Source of the DNA: an uncultured Armatimonadetes bacterium
Lineage (GTDB): Bacteria > Armatimonadota > UBA5829 > DTJY01
Assembly (NCBI GenBank): GCA_963717145.1
Contig: OY970325.1
Coordinates: 960,001-1,024,000, forward strand
DNA: 64,000 nt
Direction of reading: 5' to 3'
The translations under genes and the position numbers were made by a program. This document shows, one piece after another, positions 11,342 to 22,555 of this stretch; position 1 is the first letter of the stretch; the number at the start of each line of letters is the position of its first letter. The notes below the pieces were generated by a model. It worked only from the letters and a program-made list of their open reading frames with translations, was not told the origin of the DNA and searched no databases.

Positions 11342-11486
11342 GTCATCCTCCATAGACATCCGGGGCCGCGCCCCGTTCGCTCGAAATCACTGTCTGCACT
11401 CTTCCACGCGCTTGCTCGCCTTTCCTCCGTGGAGCGGGTTTGACATCCAGTGGGCCGATGCATACAATCACTCAGGGGGTGGTAAC

Positions 11487-11687
11487 GTGAAGATGAGCAT
11501 CGACATCGACGAGCAACTATTGGCGGAAGCCAAGTCTGTGGGCCATCACACAACCGACGATTCGGCGGTCAATGAGGCTCTCTCGGAATACGTTCAACTC
11601 CACAAACGGGGGCGAACCCTGGATCTCATCGGCAAGGTAGAGTTCGATCCGTCCTACGACTACAAGGCAGAGAGGAAGCGCAGATGA
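11487..11687 (+). CDS. VapB-like antitoxin (no adjacent toxin)
   Basis: [12 protein letters not shown]...VNEALSEYV...[19 protein letters not shown]. Confidence 0.75.
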   Translation: MKMSIDIDEQLLAEAKSVGHHTTDDSAVNEALSEYVQLHKRGRTLDLIGKVEFDPSYDYKAERKRR

Positions 11688-12097
11688 AATCACACACCGA
11701 GTATCTCTGGATGAACACGTTGAAACAGCGCGAGTTCGTCAACATCACTGAGGAGTGCGAGCGCATACTTCGGGAGAGCGGCATCAGGGAAGGCATGATG
11801 CTCGTCTCAGCGATGCACATCACCGCGGGCGTCTGGGTGAACGACAACGAGTCGGGAATCCTCCAGGATGCCATGGACTTCCTGGAGCGACTCGCACCCC
11901 ATGGCCCGGATTACCGACACCATCGCACGGGGGAAGACAATGGGGACGCGCACCTCAAGAATCTGCTCACGCATCATCAGGTGATTGTCCCGGTCACGGA
12001 GGGGCGGCTCGATCTCGGACCGTGGCAGACGATCTTCTATGCCGAGTTCGACGGACGGCGACGGAAGCGTGTGGTGGTCAAAGTGATGGGTGAATGA
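11684..12097 (+). CDS. YjbQ/UPF0047 family protein
   Basis: HITAG, NGDAHLK, LGPWQ, EFDG motifs. Confidence 0.9.
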   Translation: MKSHTEYLWMNTLKQREFVNITEECERILRESGIREGMMLVSAMHITAGVWVNDNESGILQDAMDFLERLAPHGPDYRHHRTGEDNGDAHLKNLLTHHQVIVPVTEGRLDLGPWQTIFYAEFDGRRRKRVVVKVMGE

Positions 12098-12147
12098 CCA
12101 TCCCTGGGTATACTTAGTCAATAGCGGCGACAAGGCTTGTTCAAGAT

Positions 12148-14658
12148 ATGTCGCCCACAGAGAGATCAACCTTGAAGAAAGACCATGAGCAGCCTGAGCC
12201 ACATCCCTCGCTGAATGGGCAGGAGGCACGATACAGAGAACTCCTGGATACCATACCCGATTGGGTCTGGGAGGTCGACCTCGATGGCCGGTTCACGTAT
12301 TCGAATGCCGGCGTCACCCAGGTCTTGGGTTACAGCCCGGAGCAGGTTGTCGGTTGTTCGGCATTCGAATTCCTCAGCCCTGAAGATCACGACAGGATAC
12401 GTGGAATACTTGGCGAGGCAGTCGAAAAACGCCACGGGTTCAAGGGCGTCGTGCACAGAATGCGTCACCAGGATGGCACGACGCGAATCATTGAATCGTC
12501 CGGAAGTCCTGTGTTCGACTCAGAAAGCAATCTCGTCGGTTTCCGCGGGATAGACCGCGACGTGACGCAACGCGTCAATGCGGAAGAGGCGCTCGCAGAT
12601 GCGGAGGCTCTGTACAGGAGTCTCGTCGAGGAATCGCTCGTAGGCGTATACGTCATCCAGGACGGGAAGTTCGTCTACGCAAATCCGAGGCTCGCTGAGA
12701 TATACGCATTCGATGCTCCGGGGGAAATGGTTGGCAAGAGCGTGGACGATCTCGTGGCGCCCGGCAGCCGCGAGATCGTGCTGGAGAACATCAGTAAGCG
12801 CCTTTCAGGACAGCCGAAGAGCATTCGGTACTCTCTGGAGGGTGTGCGCAAGGATGGCAGCATCGTCAATGTCGAGGTATACGGATCGCGAACGATATAC
12901 CACGGCCGCCCCGCTGTTATCGGCTCCCTTGTCGACATCACCGAGCGTGTCAAGGCGGAGGAGATCGAGCGACGCAGACGGCAGGCGCTGACGACCCTCG
13001 TGGACAGCCTGCCGGGGTATGCGTTTCTCAAAGACGCCGACAGTGTCTACGTGACTGCGAATCAGACGTTCGCGAAAGCCGTCGGCACTACTCCCGACGA
13101 GATTGTCGGCAAGACAGACTACGACCTGTTTCCCAGGGATCTCGCGGAAAAGTACCGTGCCGATGATCGACGGCTGGTAGAGACCGCACAACCGCTGCAT
13201 GTCGGCGAGGAGGACATGATCGAGGGCGACCGGCGCATCACGGTAGCAACTCGAAAAGTGCCTCTAACGGACGAAACCGGCAACGTGGTCGGTCTCATCG
13301 GCCTCGGATTCGACGTCACCGAACGCAAGCAGGCGGAAGAGGCTATACGGGCTTCGGAGGCAAACTATCGGGCCATCTTCGATGCCGCCAATGACGCAAT
13401 CTTCGTGCATGACATAACGAACGGCGCGATACTCGATGTTAATCGCAAGATGACCGAGATGTACGGCTATACACCGGAGGAAGTCCGAGAGTTGCCGGTC
13501 GAGGCCCTGAGCGCCGGAACGCCGCCCTACACGCAGGAAGAGGCAATCCTCTGGATAAGAAAGGCGGTTGAGGGAGAGCCTCAACTCTTCGAATGGAGGG
13601 CCAAAGACAGGTCGGGCCGGGTGTTTTGGGTGGAGGTCAATCTCAAACGTGCCGTGATCGGCGGCCAGGACCGCCTCCTGGCGGTTGTGAGAGACGTCAC
13701 GGCGCGCAAGCACGTGGAAGAGGCGCTCCGCCGCTCCGAGGGGAACTTCCGCGCCATCTTCAACTATGCTCCCGCTTTGATCATCACGTATGACAGGGAG
13801 GCCGTGGTGCTGGAGGTGAATCAGGCTTTCGAGCGCTTCAGTGGGTTCGCGAAGGAGCAACTGGTGGGACGTTCGATGTTCGAGACGTTCGCCAATCCGG
13901 AGATCCTGGCGAAGAAGGAGGATCTGATCGAGAGCGTCTTTTCCGGGAATACAATCCAGGACACGGAATGGGAGGCTGTTCGCCCAGACGGAACGAAGGT
14001 CTACGCGCTTGCGAACACCACCCCGGCGTATGATGATGAGGGCAACGTCTCCAAAGCGCTCTCGATGGGCGTGGATATCACCGAGCGCAAGGCGGCCGAG
14101 CGTTACCAGCGAGAGATGGACCAGCACAAGCGCGATTTCTACCGCCGCACCATCCTGGCCGCCACCGAAGGCAAGCTGGTCATCTCCGAGCAGGCTGAGA
14201 TTCGGGAGATCGCCGGACCACCGATCAAGGATTGGGAGATAGCTCGCGGTGAGGACCTCGGGCTCATACGCCATGAGGTCATGGAGATCGCTCAGAGTTC
14301 CGGAATGGATGAGGCGCGCGTCTACGATCTCGTTCTGGCAGTCGGGGAGATCACTACGAACGCTTTCAAACATGCGGGATCGGGACAGGCATTCCTTAGT
14401 AAGCGAGACGATGAGTTGGTTTTCATGGTGTCCGACCATGGTCCCGGCATCGAGGCGGTGACTTTGCCTGAGGTGGCCTTAACAAGAGGCTACTCGACGG
14501 CAGGTACGCTGGGCATGGGGTACAAGGCTGTGCTGTCCATCGTGGATAGGGTTTATTTGGCGACCGGCCCATGGGGCACGACAGTGGCCGTCGAGATGAG
14601 TTTGCACCCAGTTCAGAAGTCACATTTCATCCCGGATACATGGGCAGCACAAAGGTGA
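12148..14658 (+). CDS. Multi-PAS sensor fused to RsbW/RsbT-like ATPase domain
   Basis: About five PAS/PAC repeats ending in DVT/DIT-ERK. C-terminal EITTNAFKHA, DHGPGI, GTLGMG. No HisKA box. Confidence 0.8.
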   Translation: MSPTERSTLKKDHEQPEPHPSLNGQEARYRELLDTIPDWVWEVDLDGRFTYSNAGVTQVLGYSPEQVVGCSAFEFLSPEDHDRIRGILGEAVEKRHGFKGVVHRMRHQDGTTRIIESSGSPVFDSESNLVGFRGIDRDVTQRVNAEEALADAEALYRSLVEESLVGVYVIQDGKFVYANPRLAEIYAFDAPGEMVGKSVDDLVAPGSREIVLENISKRLSGQPKSIRYSLEGVRKDGSIVNVEVYGSRTIYHGRPAVIGSLVDITERVKAEEIERRRRQALTTLVDSLPGYAFLKDADSVYVTANQTFAKAVGTTPDEIVGKTDYDLFPRDLAEKYRADDRRLVETAQPLHVGEEDMIEGDRRITVATRKVPLTDETGNVVGLIGLGFDVTERKQAEEAIRASEANYRAIFDAANDAIFVHDITNGAILDVNRKMTEMYGYTPEEVRELPVEALSAGTPPYTQEEAILWIRKAVEGEPQLFEWRAKDRSGRVFWVEVNLKRAVIGGQDRLLAVVRDVTARKHVEEALRRSEGNFRAIFNYAPALIITYDREAVVLEVNQAFERFSGFAKEQLVGRSMFETFANPEILAKKEDLIESVFSGNTIQDTEWEAVRPDGTKVYALANTTPAYDDEGNVSKALSMGVDITERKAAERYQREMDQHKRDFYRRTILAATEGKLVISEQAEIREIAGPPIKDWEIARGEDLGLIRHEVMEIAQSSGMDEARVYDLVLAVGEITTNAFKHAGSGQAFLSKRDDELVFMVSDHGPGIEAVTLPEVALTRGYSTAGTLGMGYKAVLSIVDRVYLATGPWGTTVAVEMSLHPVQKSHFIPDTWAAQR

Positions 14659-14702
14659 TCGCACCGCACGTTGTTTCCGGTACAGCACGAGACTGCGCTC
14701 CT

Positions 14703-14786
14703 AAGAAACAGCCGATCTCCAGACGACTCCCGTCGTCGGCCGCAGCCCGCCGACGACGGGAGTCGTCTGGAGATCGGCTGTTTCTT
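14703..14786. repeat. Perfect palindrome, 38-bp arms
   Basis: 14703-14740 / 14749-14786 with an 8-nt loop. Confidence 0.9.
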
Positions 14787-14860
14787 TCTGAAACAACTGC
14801 GCTTGCGCAGTCACTTGCTCGGAATGACATCCGCACAGCGCTTCCTGGGAAGCGCAGCCC

Positions 14861-15566
14861 CTATAGACGCGAGATGATGGGTCGGATCTTCACGTTTCGG
14901 AATGAGACCTTGCTGCCATGGTCCTGGAAGCCGATGTATCCCTTGCGAGGCATATCCTTGTAGGCGGTCCGAAACTTGTTGGGGGTGCCATCCGGGTTCT
15001 GGCGCGGCGTAACCCACCTGTCGAGGTTCATATTCACCACACGCTTGTGGTTCACGTCGACGAATATGCGGTTCTTCCGGCATGTGATCATGACGTTGTT
15101 CCACTCGCCGGCGGGCTTGCATGCGATCTTACTCGGTGCGAGGCAGTCGTAGATTGCGCCGAAGTCATGCCTGTCCGGCTTCTGTTTGCCATACGAGTCG
15201 AGAATCTGCATTTCGAATCCCGTCTGCACCGGATCGCCCAGATCCTTCCACCTGAAGAATATCCCGCTGTTCGCGCCTTTCAAGTACTTGACGTCGACTG
15301 AAAGCACGAAATCACCGAACTGCTCCTCGGTGGCCAGCACGCCACCGCCCTTTGCGAGACCGGCGATCTCACCGTTCTCGACGATCCACCCCTTCGCATC
15401 GCCGGTTGCCTTCCAACCGTCGAGGGTCTTGCCGTCGAACAGGAGCTTCCAGCCCGCGGTCTTCTCCGTCGGCGTCAGGACGTTGACGGCAGCGTAGAGA
15501 GCACCTGCGAGCACCGAGCCCTGCGATGCATAGTACTGCGATGATAGCTAAGGTTCTTCGTCTCAA
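14861..15566 (-). CDS. DUF1080 (3-keto-disaccharide hydrolase family), probable frameshift in signal peptide
   Basis: GWKLLFDGKTLDGW, NSGIF, EMQILD, GYIGFQDHG, FRNVKI. RBS+TTG at 15566 lies in another frame. Confidence 0.8.
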
Positions 15567-15764
15567 TGGAGCCTCCCTGATCCTTTGAGTGCGCGGCACG
15601 GTACGCGCCTCTGTCATATGGTATTCGACATGGTGCGCGGCTTTTCCTTACCACCGTGGATGGAGCGCGAGCAAAGGAAGTCGGCTCTCCCACGGTTGAC
15701 GTCATTGTCGTGACCTGCTACCCTATCAGCGTTGTTTCAGCCACACATCTGAGGGATACTTACC

Positions 15765-17843
15765 ATGAGATTGCGAATGCCGACCGTAGTTCTTGCTTCA
15801 CTCCTCGCAGCAGCCTTGTTTGTCGCGCCTGCGACTTCACAGCCGAGAGATTCCGCCGAGAAGGTTCGGACCGACATACTGGTGATCGGCTCGACCCCGT
15901 GCGGGATAGCATCCGCGATCGCGGCTGCACGCCATGGGGAGAAGGTCATACTCGCCGACATGAACGACTTCATGGGCGGGATGATGACAAACGGTCTCGG
16001 CAAGACCGACATAGGCCCGAGACATACCATCAAAGGTATCTTCAAGGAGTTCGTCGACAACGTCTACGCCGACTATGTCGAGAAATACGGACAGGACTCG
16101 GATCAGGTCAGGCAGTGCAGCGACGGCTACTACTTCGAACCTCATGTCGCCGAGAAGATTCTCAACCGTATGGTGAAGGCGGAGAAGAACATCACTCTAA
16201 GGTATCACTACCGTCCGGACGGCGTTCTCGTTCAGCGTGATACCCTCGACGGCGTCTACTTCATCGACACCGAGCGCAACAAGCGGGTCGAGATCCGCGC
16301 AGCCGTCTTCATCGATGCCACCTACGAGGGCGACATCGCCGCCATGTGTGGGGCCGCTTACCGGGTCGGCCGTGAATCGAAGGAGGAGTTCGGCGAGCCG
16401 TTCGCGGGGGTGCTCTACATGGACCATTACACCAGGATGATCCTGCCGGGCACGACCGGCGAGGCGGACAAGCGCGTTCAGGCCTACAACTTCCGCCTGA
16501 CTTTGACCGCCAACCCAGGCAACCGTGTGATGCCGAAGAAACCGGATGGCTACAACCGCGATGAATACCTGCAGGTCCTCGAATCGATCGAGAAGGGGCG
16601 CATCAAGACCGTCCAGGATGTCCTGAACATCGAGTTCATCGCGAACGGGAAGTCCGATACGAACAACATGCCACGTTCCCTCATCTCGACGGACCTGCCC
16701 GAGGAGAACTACACCTATCCCGAGGCGAGCTATCCCGAGCGCGAGGAGATCGTCAAGCGCCACAGGGACTACATCATGGGCTTGCTCTGGTTCCTGCAGA
16801 ATGACACCGAGATGCCTGAGACGCTCAGAGCCGAGTGCGCGAAGTACGGTTTCGCGAAGGACGAGTATCCCGACAACGACCACTTCCCCAGGCAGATATA
16901 TGTCCGCGAGGCTCGCAGAATATGGGCCGACTACAACTTCACGGCCCACGATGCGCTGCTCGGCCCCGGGATCGAGCGCACTCCGATCCATTGGGACAGC
17001 ATCGCCTGCGGGGGATACGCGATGGACTCCCACGCGACCCGGAAGCGCGAACCGGACCACGAGGTGATGGAAGGCTTCTACTATATGGGCGGCATGACGC
17101 AGCCCTACCAAATTCCATACGGCGTGATGGTTCCTCAGAAGATCAACGGCCTCCTGGTGCCCGGAGCGGCTTCGGCGACGCACATCGGATTCGGCACGCT
17201 GCGCATGGAGCCGGTATGGATCGCTCTCGGACAGGCCGCCGGGACGTCCGCACACATCGCGAGGCAGCTCTTCATTGACCCACGGGACGTGCCGATCAAT
17301 CGGCTGCAGGCGGTGCTCCTCAATGATAATCAGATCATCACCACCTACAATGAGATGAAGACGCCGACCACCTCTGTCACCGAGAACCAGTGGAAGGCCC
17401 TGCAGTTCTGGGGCACGCGGGGATTCTTCACGTCCTACGATGCGCTCCCGATGCAGGACATCACTCGCGGCGAGGCTGCTTCGTGGCTGATGAGCGCGAT
17501 CAAGCTGGGCGACTTTATGACGGCGTTTGGTCCGTTAATGAAGCACAATGGAGGTGGCTCAGAGGCTTCGAGCCTCACCCAACTCCAGGGGTTGCAGATC
17601 ATTCCGGCCGCCGGCGATCCGGACACGGTGCTGACGTCCGCCGAACTGAAGCTCTGGCTCGCGCGCATCGAGCCGTGGAACGACGGCACACTCGCCGACG
17701 GGTGGACGAAGCGCGTGAAGCCCAAGGAGTCGCTCCCGACTGCGGTCGGGGACGCCGACAACAATCTCAAAATCACAAGGGCGCAATTCTGCGAAGCGCT
17801 TTATGACAAGTACAGATACGCCACGCCGGGGCAGATTCACTAA
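15765..17843 (+). CDS. Secreted FAD-dependent oxidoreductase
   Basis: Signal peptide, IDATYEGD, YVREARR, YQIPY, LRMEP motifs. Confidence 0.8.
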   Translation: MRLRMPTVVLASLLAAALFVAPATSQPRDSAEKVRTDILVIGSTPCGIASAIAAARHGEKVILADMNDFMGGMMTNGLGKTDIGPRHTIKGIFKEFVDNVYADYVEKYGQDSDQVRQCSDGYYFEPHVAEKILNRMVKAEKNITLRYHYRPDGVLVQRDTLDGVYFIDTERNKRVEIRAAVFIDATYEGDIAAMCGAAYRVGRESKEEFGEPFAGVLYMDHYTRMILPGTTGEADKRVQAYNFRLTLTANPGNRVMPKKPDGYNRDEYLQVLESIEKGRIKTVQDVLNIEFIANGKSDTNNMPRSLISTDLPEENYTYPEASYPEREEIVKRHRDYIMGLLWFLQNDTEMPETLRAECAKYGFAKDEYPDNDHFPRQIYVREARRIWADYNFTAHDALLGPGIERTPIHWDSIACGGYAMDSHATRKREPDHEVMEGFYYMGGMTQPYQIPYGVMVPQKINGLLVPGAASATHIGFGTLRMEPVWIALGQAAGTSAHIARQLFIDPRDVPINRLQAVLLNDNQIITTYNEMKTPTTSVTENQWKALQFWGTRGFFTSYDALPMQDITRGEAASWLMSAIKLGDFMTAFGPLMKHNGGGSEASSLTQLQGLQIIPAAGDPDTVLTSAELKLWLARIEPWNDGTLADGWTKRVKPKESLPTAVGDADNNLKITRAQFCEALYDKYRYATPGQIH

Positions 17844-17888
17844 ACAGCAGGATACACGTGTCTCCGCATTGAACTGGACGTGGAGTGC

Positions 17889-17966
17889 GGAAGCGTAGGG
17901 AACGGCCGCCGTCCCGTTCCGATCTGCGGGAGGCGGAACGGGACGGCGGCCGTTCCCTACGCTTCC
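17889..17966. repeat. GTAG-type REP palindrome, 33-bp arms
   Basis: GGAAGCGTAGGGAACGGCCGCCGTCCCGTTCCG and exact reverse complement. Confidence 0.9.
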
Positions 17967-17992
17967 CGGCAACAAATAGAGGAGCAACCGAC

Positions 17993-18946
17993 ATGTCGAT
18001 CAACCTTATCAGCACCATCAAGGGCTCTCTGCTGGAGGGGTTCTTCCCTCAGGGCTGGGACCTCAAGAAGATAGACCGGCTCTGCAGTCTCCCCCCGGAG
18101 TGGATCACTGACCGCCAGACGTGGTGGAATCCCGGATTCCGCGCGGTCCCGTGTGAGAACCTGGCCGACTTCGACGTGATGATGGGCGAGGCGATCGCTT
18201 CATGCATCCGGAACGCCCGCATCGCCGGGAAGCCGATCGCGTTCATCCTGCCGGTCGGGCCGATGGGAATGTATCGCTGGGCGGTCTACTTCCTCAAGGA
18301 GTGGAACGTCAAGTGCGACCACGTCCACGGGTTCAACATGGACGAATGGAGCGACGGGGAGGGCAACACAGTCGATCCGGGCAGCTCCGAGTCGTTCCAG
18401 TATGCGATGGAAGAAGCATTCTACGGGCCGCTCGGCGACTTGACCGTCCCGAAGGAGCAGCGTCACTTCGCGGTGAAGTCGGAGCTTCCGACCTACGGCG
18501 AGAAGATCCGGGCGCTCAAGGCTCAGGGAGCGAAACTGGTCGTCGTCTTCGGCATCGGCCGAGTCTGCCACATCGCATTCTGGGAGCCGCACTTCGCCGC
18601 GGAGTTCTCCATCGACGAGTGGAAGAAGCAGGAGTTCCGGCTCGGCGCGCTTCTCCATCCGCTGACGATCGAGCAGAACGCGATCACGAGTTTCAAGAGC
18701 CGCACGACGCTCGTACCCGCGCGGGCGAACACGATCGGACCGGGGCTCTTCCTGATGGCGGACGAGATCATCGGCGGCGCGGACGGCACGCTCGGGCGCG
18801 GGATGATGTGGCAGGGGATGTCGCTCTGGATGACGCTGCGACACGAGCCGACTCCCTGGATTCCGAGCACGTTCATGCCGACGCTCGCCGGCAGGCTCTT
18901 CTTCCTGAAGGAACTGGCCGGCCCGCTGGTGGCGGAGTGTAACTGA
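17993..18946 (+). CDS. Glucosamine-6-phosphate isomerase-like protein
   Basis: [36 protein letters not shown]. Confidence 0.75.
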   Translation: MSINLISTIKGSLLEGFFPQGWDLKKIDRLCSLPPEWITDRQTWWNPGFRAVPCENLADFDVMMGEAIASCIRNARIAGKPIAFILPVGPMGMYRWAVYFLKEWNVKCDHVHGFNMDEWSDGEGNTVDPGSSESFQYAMEEAFYGPLGDLTVPKEQRHFAVKSELPTYGEKIRALKAQGAKLVVVFGIGRVCHIAFWEPHFAAEFSIDEWKKQEFRLGALLHPLTIEQNAITSFKSRTTLVPARANTIGPGLFLMADEIIGGADGTLGRGMMWQGMSLWMTLRHEPTPWIPSTFMPTLAGRLFFLKELAGPLVAECN

Positions 18947-19080
18947 CCACGGAGGCACGGAGGACACGGAGAAAAGCAAACTCGAGTTCGAAACTCGAAG
19001 CACGAAACGACGGGTTGTCTCGAATTTCGTATTTCGTACTTCGGATTTGTTTTCCTCCGTGTTCTCCGTGCCTCCGTGGT
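18946..19080. repeat. Composite palindrome (ACCACGGAGGCACGGAG outer arms; GAAACTCGAA/TTTCGTATTTCG inner repeats)
   Basis: Outer 9-mer-periodic arms are inverted complements. Inner 7-mer-periodic inverted repeats. Confidence 0.8.
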
Positions 19081-19101
19081 TCCATCCGACTGGAGGTCGC
19101 G

Positions 19102-19656
19102 ATGAAGGTAACCGCATTCCTCGGCAGTCCGAGGCCGAAGGGTAATACTGACATCCTGGCGTTGAGGGTGCTCGACGGCGCAAAGCAGGCCGGCTTCGAG
19201 ACGGAAGCCATCGCCCTTCGACGCCTGAAGATCCACCCATGCGTCGGCTGCGAGAAATGCTGGCAGAAGGAGCGCCCCTGTTTCTACAAGGACGACATGC
19301 CCGGCCTCTACGATGCGATCGCCTCCTCGGACATCCTCTTGTTCGCGACTCCGGTCTACTGGTACGCCCCGACGGCGATCATGAAGGCGTTCATCGATCG
19401 GTTCGTGGTGTTCAACCGCCCGCAGGGACGGCCCCTCATCGAGGGGAAGGGAGCGATCCTCGTCACCGCCTACGAGGAGGAAGGGCCGACCGCCGCCGAG
19501 CCGCTCCTCCGCATGTTCGAGATGAGCTTCGAGTACCTCGGGCTGAATCTGATCGACCGCCTGGTGGTCGACGGCGTCGGCCCGAAGGGAGCGGTCCTCC
19601 AGAAGCTCGATGTCCTCGACCGCGCCTACGACATAGGCCGCTGCCTCCCAAGGTAG
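19102..19656 (+). CDS. Flavodoxin-fold iron-sulfur flavoprotein / FMN reductase
   Basis: GSPRPKGNT, CVGCEKC...C, TPVYWY, MKAFIDR. Confidence 0.9.
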   Translation: MKVTAFLGSPRPKGNTDILALRVLDGAKQAGFETEAIALRRLKIHPCVGCEKCWQKERPCFYKDDMPGLYDAIASSDILLFATPVYWYAPTAIMKAFIDRFVVFNRPQGRPLIEGKGAILVTAYEEEGPTAAEPLLRMFEMSFEYLGLNLIDRLVVDGVGPKGAVLQKLDVLDRAYDIGRCLPR

Positions 19657-19662
19657 TCTGCA

Positions 19663-21261
19663 ATGACCCAACGACTTGGTGGGTTGATACGCGCAAACAG
19701 GAAGTCCTTCACCATCTTCCTCATTGTAGCGGTACTCCTGATCCTCCCACCGTCGCGCTACCTGCTGTTGTTCCACATGTGGTGCGGGAGTGAGGACGTT
19801 ACCACCGGCAGCTGTCCCGAGTTCACCATTGAGAACGACCGTAGAGTCCCCCGGAACGCTTCTGAGGCTCTTGAAATCGCCCGCCGTGACGGAGAATCCA
19901 CGAAGGTCCGGTCGTTCTCGGACATGATCGCCCGCCATCCGAATGAGCCCGCGCTCTACGCCGGACTTCTCCGTTTCTACACGGCTACCGCCGACCGCAC
20001 GCTCTCTTACGTCCGCCCCGACAGCCCCGTCCGCTCGACCGGTCCCCAGCCGCGTCGCGGCGATCTCACCGGTCTCACCAGGTCTCCTGAGATGCGTGCC
20101 GCTGAGAACGCGGTCCGGATGGGGAGGAATCTCGAACCGGGGAACGTCTTCTTCGACCTGATGGAAGCCTACCTACGATACGGGGAGAAACGAGATGCGG
20201 AAGCGCTTGCTGCTATCCGTCGCGCCGCCGGCAAGCATGACTTCGACGACCATGTCCGCGACTACACGTATGCTTGGCTCGACTACGGCCCCGTTCTGCC
20301 GTTTCCTGTTGATCAACTATACCCGGTCAGGAAGGTGCTCGCGCCCGCCATGATCGAGGTCGGCTACCTGGCCCGTCTGCGTCCTGCCATCGGACTTGCT
20401 CTCATCCAGTCCGCTGAGGAGGACCAGATACTCCCCACTATGTACGATGTGGTCCGGATCGGTGATGTAATACGTGAGGACGGCGGGTGCGCCATCGCGG
20501 CGCTCTGGGGAGTGGCTCTGCAGAAAGATGCACTGTTTTCCGCGAACCGTACGCTTTCCGGCCTGCTGATCCCAGACGAGAGCCATTACAGCCCAAAGAC
20601 CTCCGAGATGCCAAGTCTCTTGGCGAAGTTGAAAGGTAAGTCGGCCCCGGATACCATGACCCGAGTGGAGTGGGAGACCGTCAGGAAGAGCATCGATCGC
20701 TCGGTCCGCTTCCACCGGACAGTCTCCCCGTATGTGGAAGCGCATGTGCTCACGACGAGCTACACCGACCTGGTGATGATCCACCGCGTGGCTGGTGAGA
20801 TGCTTAAGATAGTGCTCTTCATGGCGATGCTCTGGACTCCCGCGGCCATCTGGCTCCTGGCGCGCAGGAAATGGCGACTCCAGGGACTCGGACCGAGAGC
20901 GGTCTGGATCTGGCTCCCGGCCGTGGTCTGTGGTCTGCCGTTCAACCTCCTGGGTGTCGATCACGAGCACTTCCGCCTGTCAACGGTGGTCTGGACCAGG
21001 ATCGCGGTAGGCTTCTCCGGCATGGTTCCGTTCGCAGCCTTCCTCGCGGCCATCTTCAGATCGAGGATATCACCGGACGTGGGCAGAGTGGACACAATCT
21101 TTGCCAGGTTGAGAAGGGGAAGCGTGTTAGCGATCCAGGCTCTGCTTGTCCTATACATCGCCACTGTGCTGATCTCGATACCCATCGCCGTACACACCAA
21201 TCATCGGCTGGACGCCGTGATCGCCGATGAGCCTGCGCTGGTCTGGATGGTAGGGCCGTAG
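19663..21261 (+). CDS. Hypothetical membrane protein
   Basis: 532-aa ORF with N-terminal and several C-terminal hydrophobic helices. Confidence 0.6.
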   Translation: MTQRLGGLIRANRKSFTIFLIVAVLLILPPSRYLLLFHMWCGSEDVTTGSCPEFTIENDRRVPRNASEALEIARRDGESTKVRSFSDMIARHPNEPALYAGLLRFYTATADRTLSYVRPDSPVRSTGPQPRRGDLTGLTRSPEMRAAENAVRMGRNLEPGNVFFDLMEAYLRYGEKRDAEALAAIRRAAGKHDFDDHVRDYTYAWLDYGPVLPFPVDQLYPVRKVLAPAMIEVGYLARLRPAIGLALIQSAEEDQILPTMYDVVRIGDVIREDGGCAIAALWGVALQKDALFSANRTLSGLLIPDESHYSPKTSEMPSLLAKLKGKSAPDTMTRVEWETVRKSIDRSVRFHRTVSPYVEAHVLTTSYTDLVMIHRVAGEMLKIVLFMAMLWTPAAIWLLARRKWRLQGLGPRAVWIWLPAVVCGLPFNLLGVDHEHFRLSTVVWTRIAVGFSGMVPFAAFLAAIFRSRISPDVGRVDTIFARLRRGSVLAIQALLVLYIATVLISIPIAVHTNHRLDAVIADEPALVWMVGP

Positions 21262-21342
21262 GTGTCCCTCCGTGTTCCTTACCGGACGGAGGATTTCTGA
21301 CTCCCCATCCTGAACACCCTGCATGTCATTACTAAGCGCTTT

Positions 21343-21400
21343 TCCCTGTGTCCTCCGTGCCTCCGTGGTTCAATCGACGCAGGAGTACGAGTACGAGTAG
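21343..21400. repeat. Half copy of the CTCCGTGCCTCCGTGGT repeat plus (GAGTAC)n tract
   Basis: Matches the right arm at 19055-19080. Confidence 0.65.
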
Positions 21401-21411
21401 GATTCACGATT

Positions 21412-22471
21412 ATGAACCTGACACTGAAACCTGATCTGAACGAAGCAAAGAAGTACTGGTCCGCATTCTGGGCGGGCGAGATCATCGACCGGCCCGCGAT
21501 CTCCCTCAAGGTCGCGCCGGGGCCCGATGCACCGCCTCATCCCGCCGGACTGATCCTCCAGGACGATCCACTCATCGCCGTTCGACAGTTCGGCGAATGG
21601 GCCGCCCACGTCAAGTGGCTCGCAGAGGCCGTGCCCTTCTTCCACCTCAACTACGGCCCGGACCAGTTCGCCGCGTGGCTCGGAGCGCGCCTCGAATACT
21701 CCCCGGACAGCGGCGGGACGACGTGGTCCGTCCCGTTCATCCGCGATTGGGACCTCGACGGCGCAGAGATCGATCACCCCCACGGTCAGTGGTGGGACCG
21801 CGCGGTGGAAGTCTATCGTGGGGCAGGGGAGATCGCCGACGGACGCTTCCTCATCGGCGTCCCCGATGCGCACAGCAACATGGACGCCCTGTCGGCTCTC
21901 AGGGGTCCGCAGGCGATGTGCGAAGACCTCCTCGACGTTCCCGAGAAAGTCGACCGCGCGATGCTCCGCGTGAGGAAGGCATTCGCGCCGATTCTCGAGA
22001 CGGTCGCCAATGCGGGGCGAATGGACAAGTGGGGATACACCGGCTGGCTGCCATTCTACAGCGAGACCCCATATGCCACCCTCCAGTGCGACTTCGCGTG
22101 CATGGTCGGACCGGAGCACTTCCGGCGATGGATACTCCCGGCGCTCGAGGAGGAATCATCCTACCTCGATCACTCCGTCTACCACTACGACGGCCCTGAT
22201 GCGCTCGTTCACCTCGATGACGTCCTCTCGATCCCCGGCATCCGCGCGATCCAGTCGGGTCCCCGGCACGGGGAATCCGCCGGTCATCGAGTGGATGGAC
22301 CTGCTCGTCGAGATCCAGAAGGCGGGCAAGGCGGTCTACATCGGCGCATCCGCGGAGGAGATCCCGATCTACCACCAGCATCTCTGCCCGGAGAACGTCC
22401 TCTATGACGTCACCGTCGGCACAGAGAAGGAGGCCGATGATCTGCTGAAGTGGCTCAGGGACAACACATAG
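21412..22471 (+). CDS. Uroporphyrinogen decarboxylase/methyltransferase-like protein, frameshift near 22255
   Basis: LQCDFACMV, YHYDGPDA, IQ(W)VPGTG. Paralog of 6770-7847. Confidence 0.75.
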
Positions 22472-22503
22472 AGCCAGCTACATCCTCTTCCCGAGGGCCA
22501 TCT

Positions 22504-22541
22504 GCTCCTCTACCTCGCCGCCGTTTGCGAGGTAGAGGAGC
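22504..22541. terminator. Hairpin between convergent genes
   Basis: GCTCCTCTACCTCGC ... GCGAGGTAGAGGAGC. Confidence 0.55.
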
Positions 22542-22555
22542 GGGATCGGGCGGGC

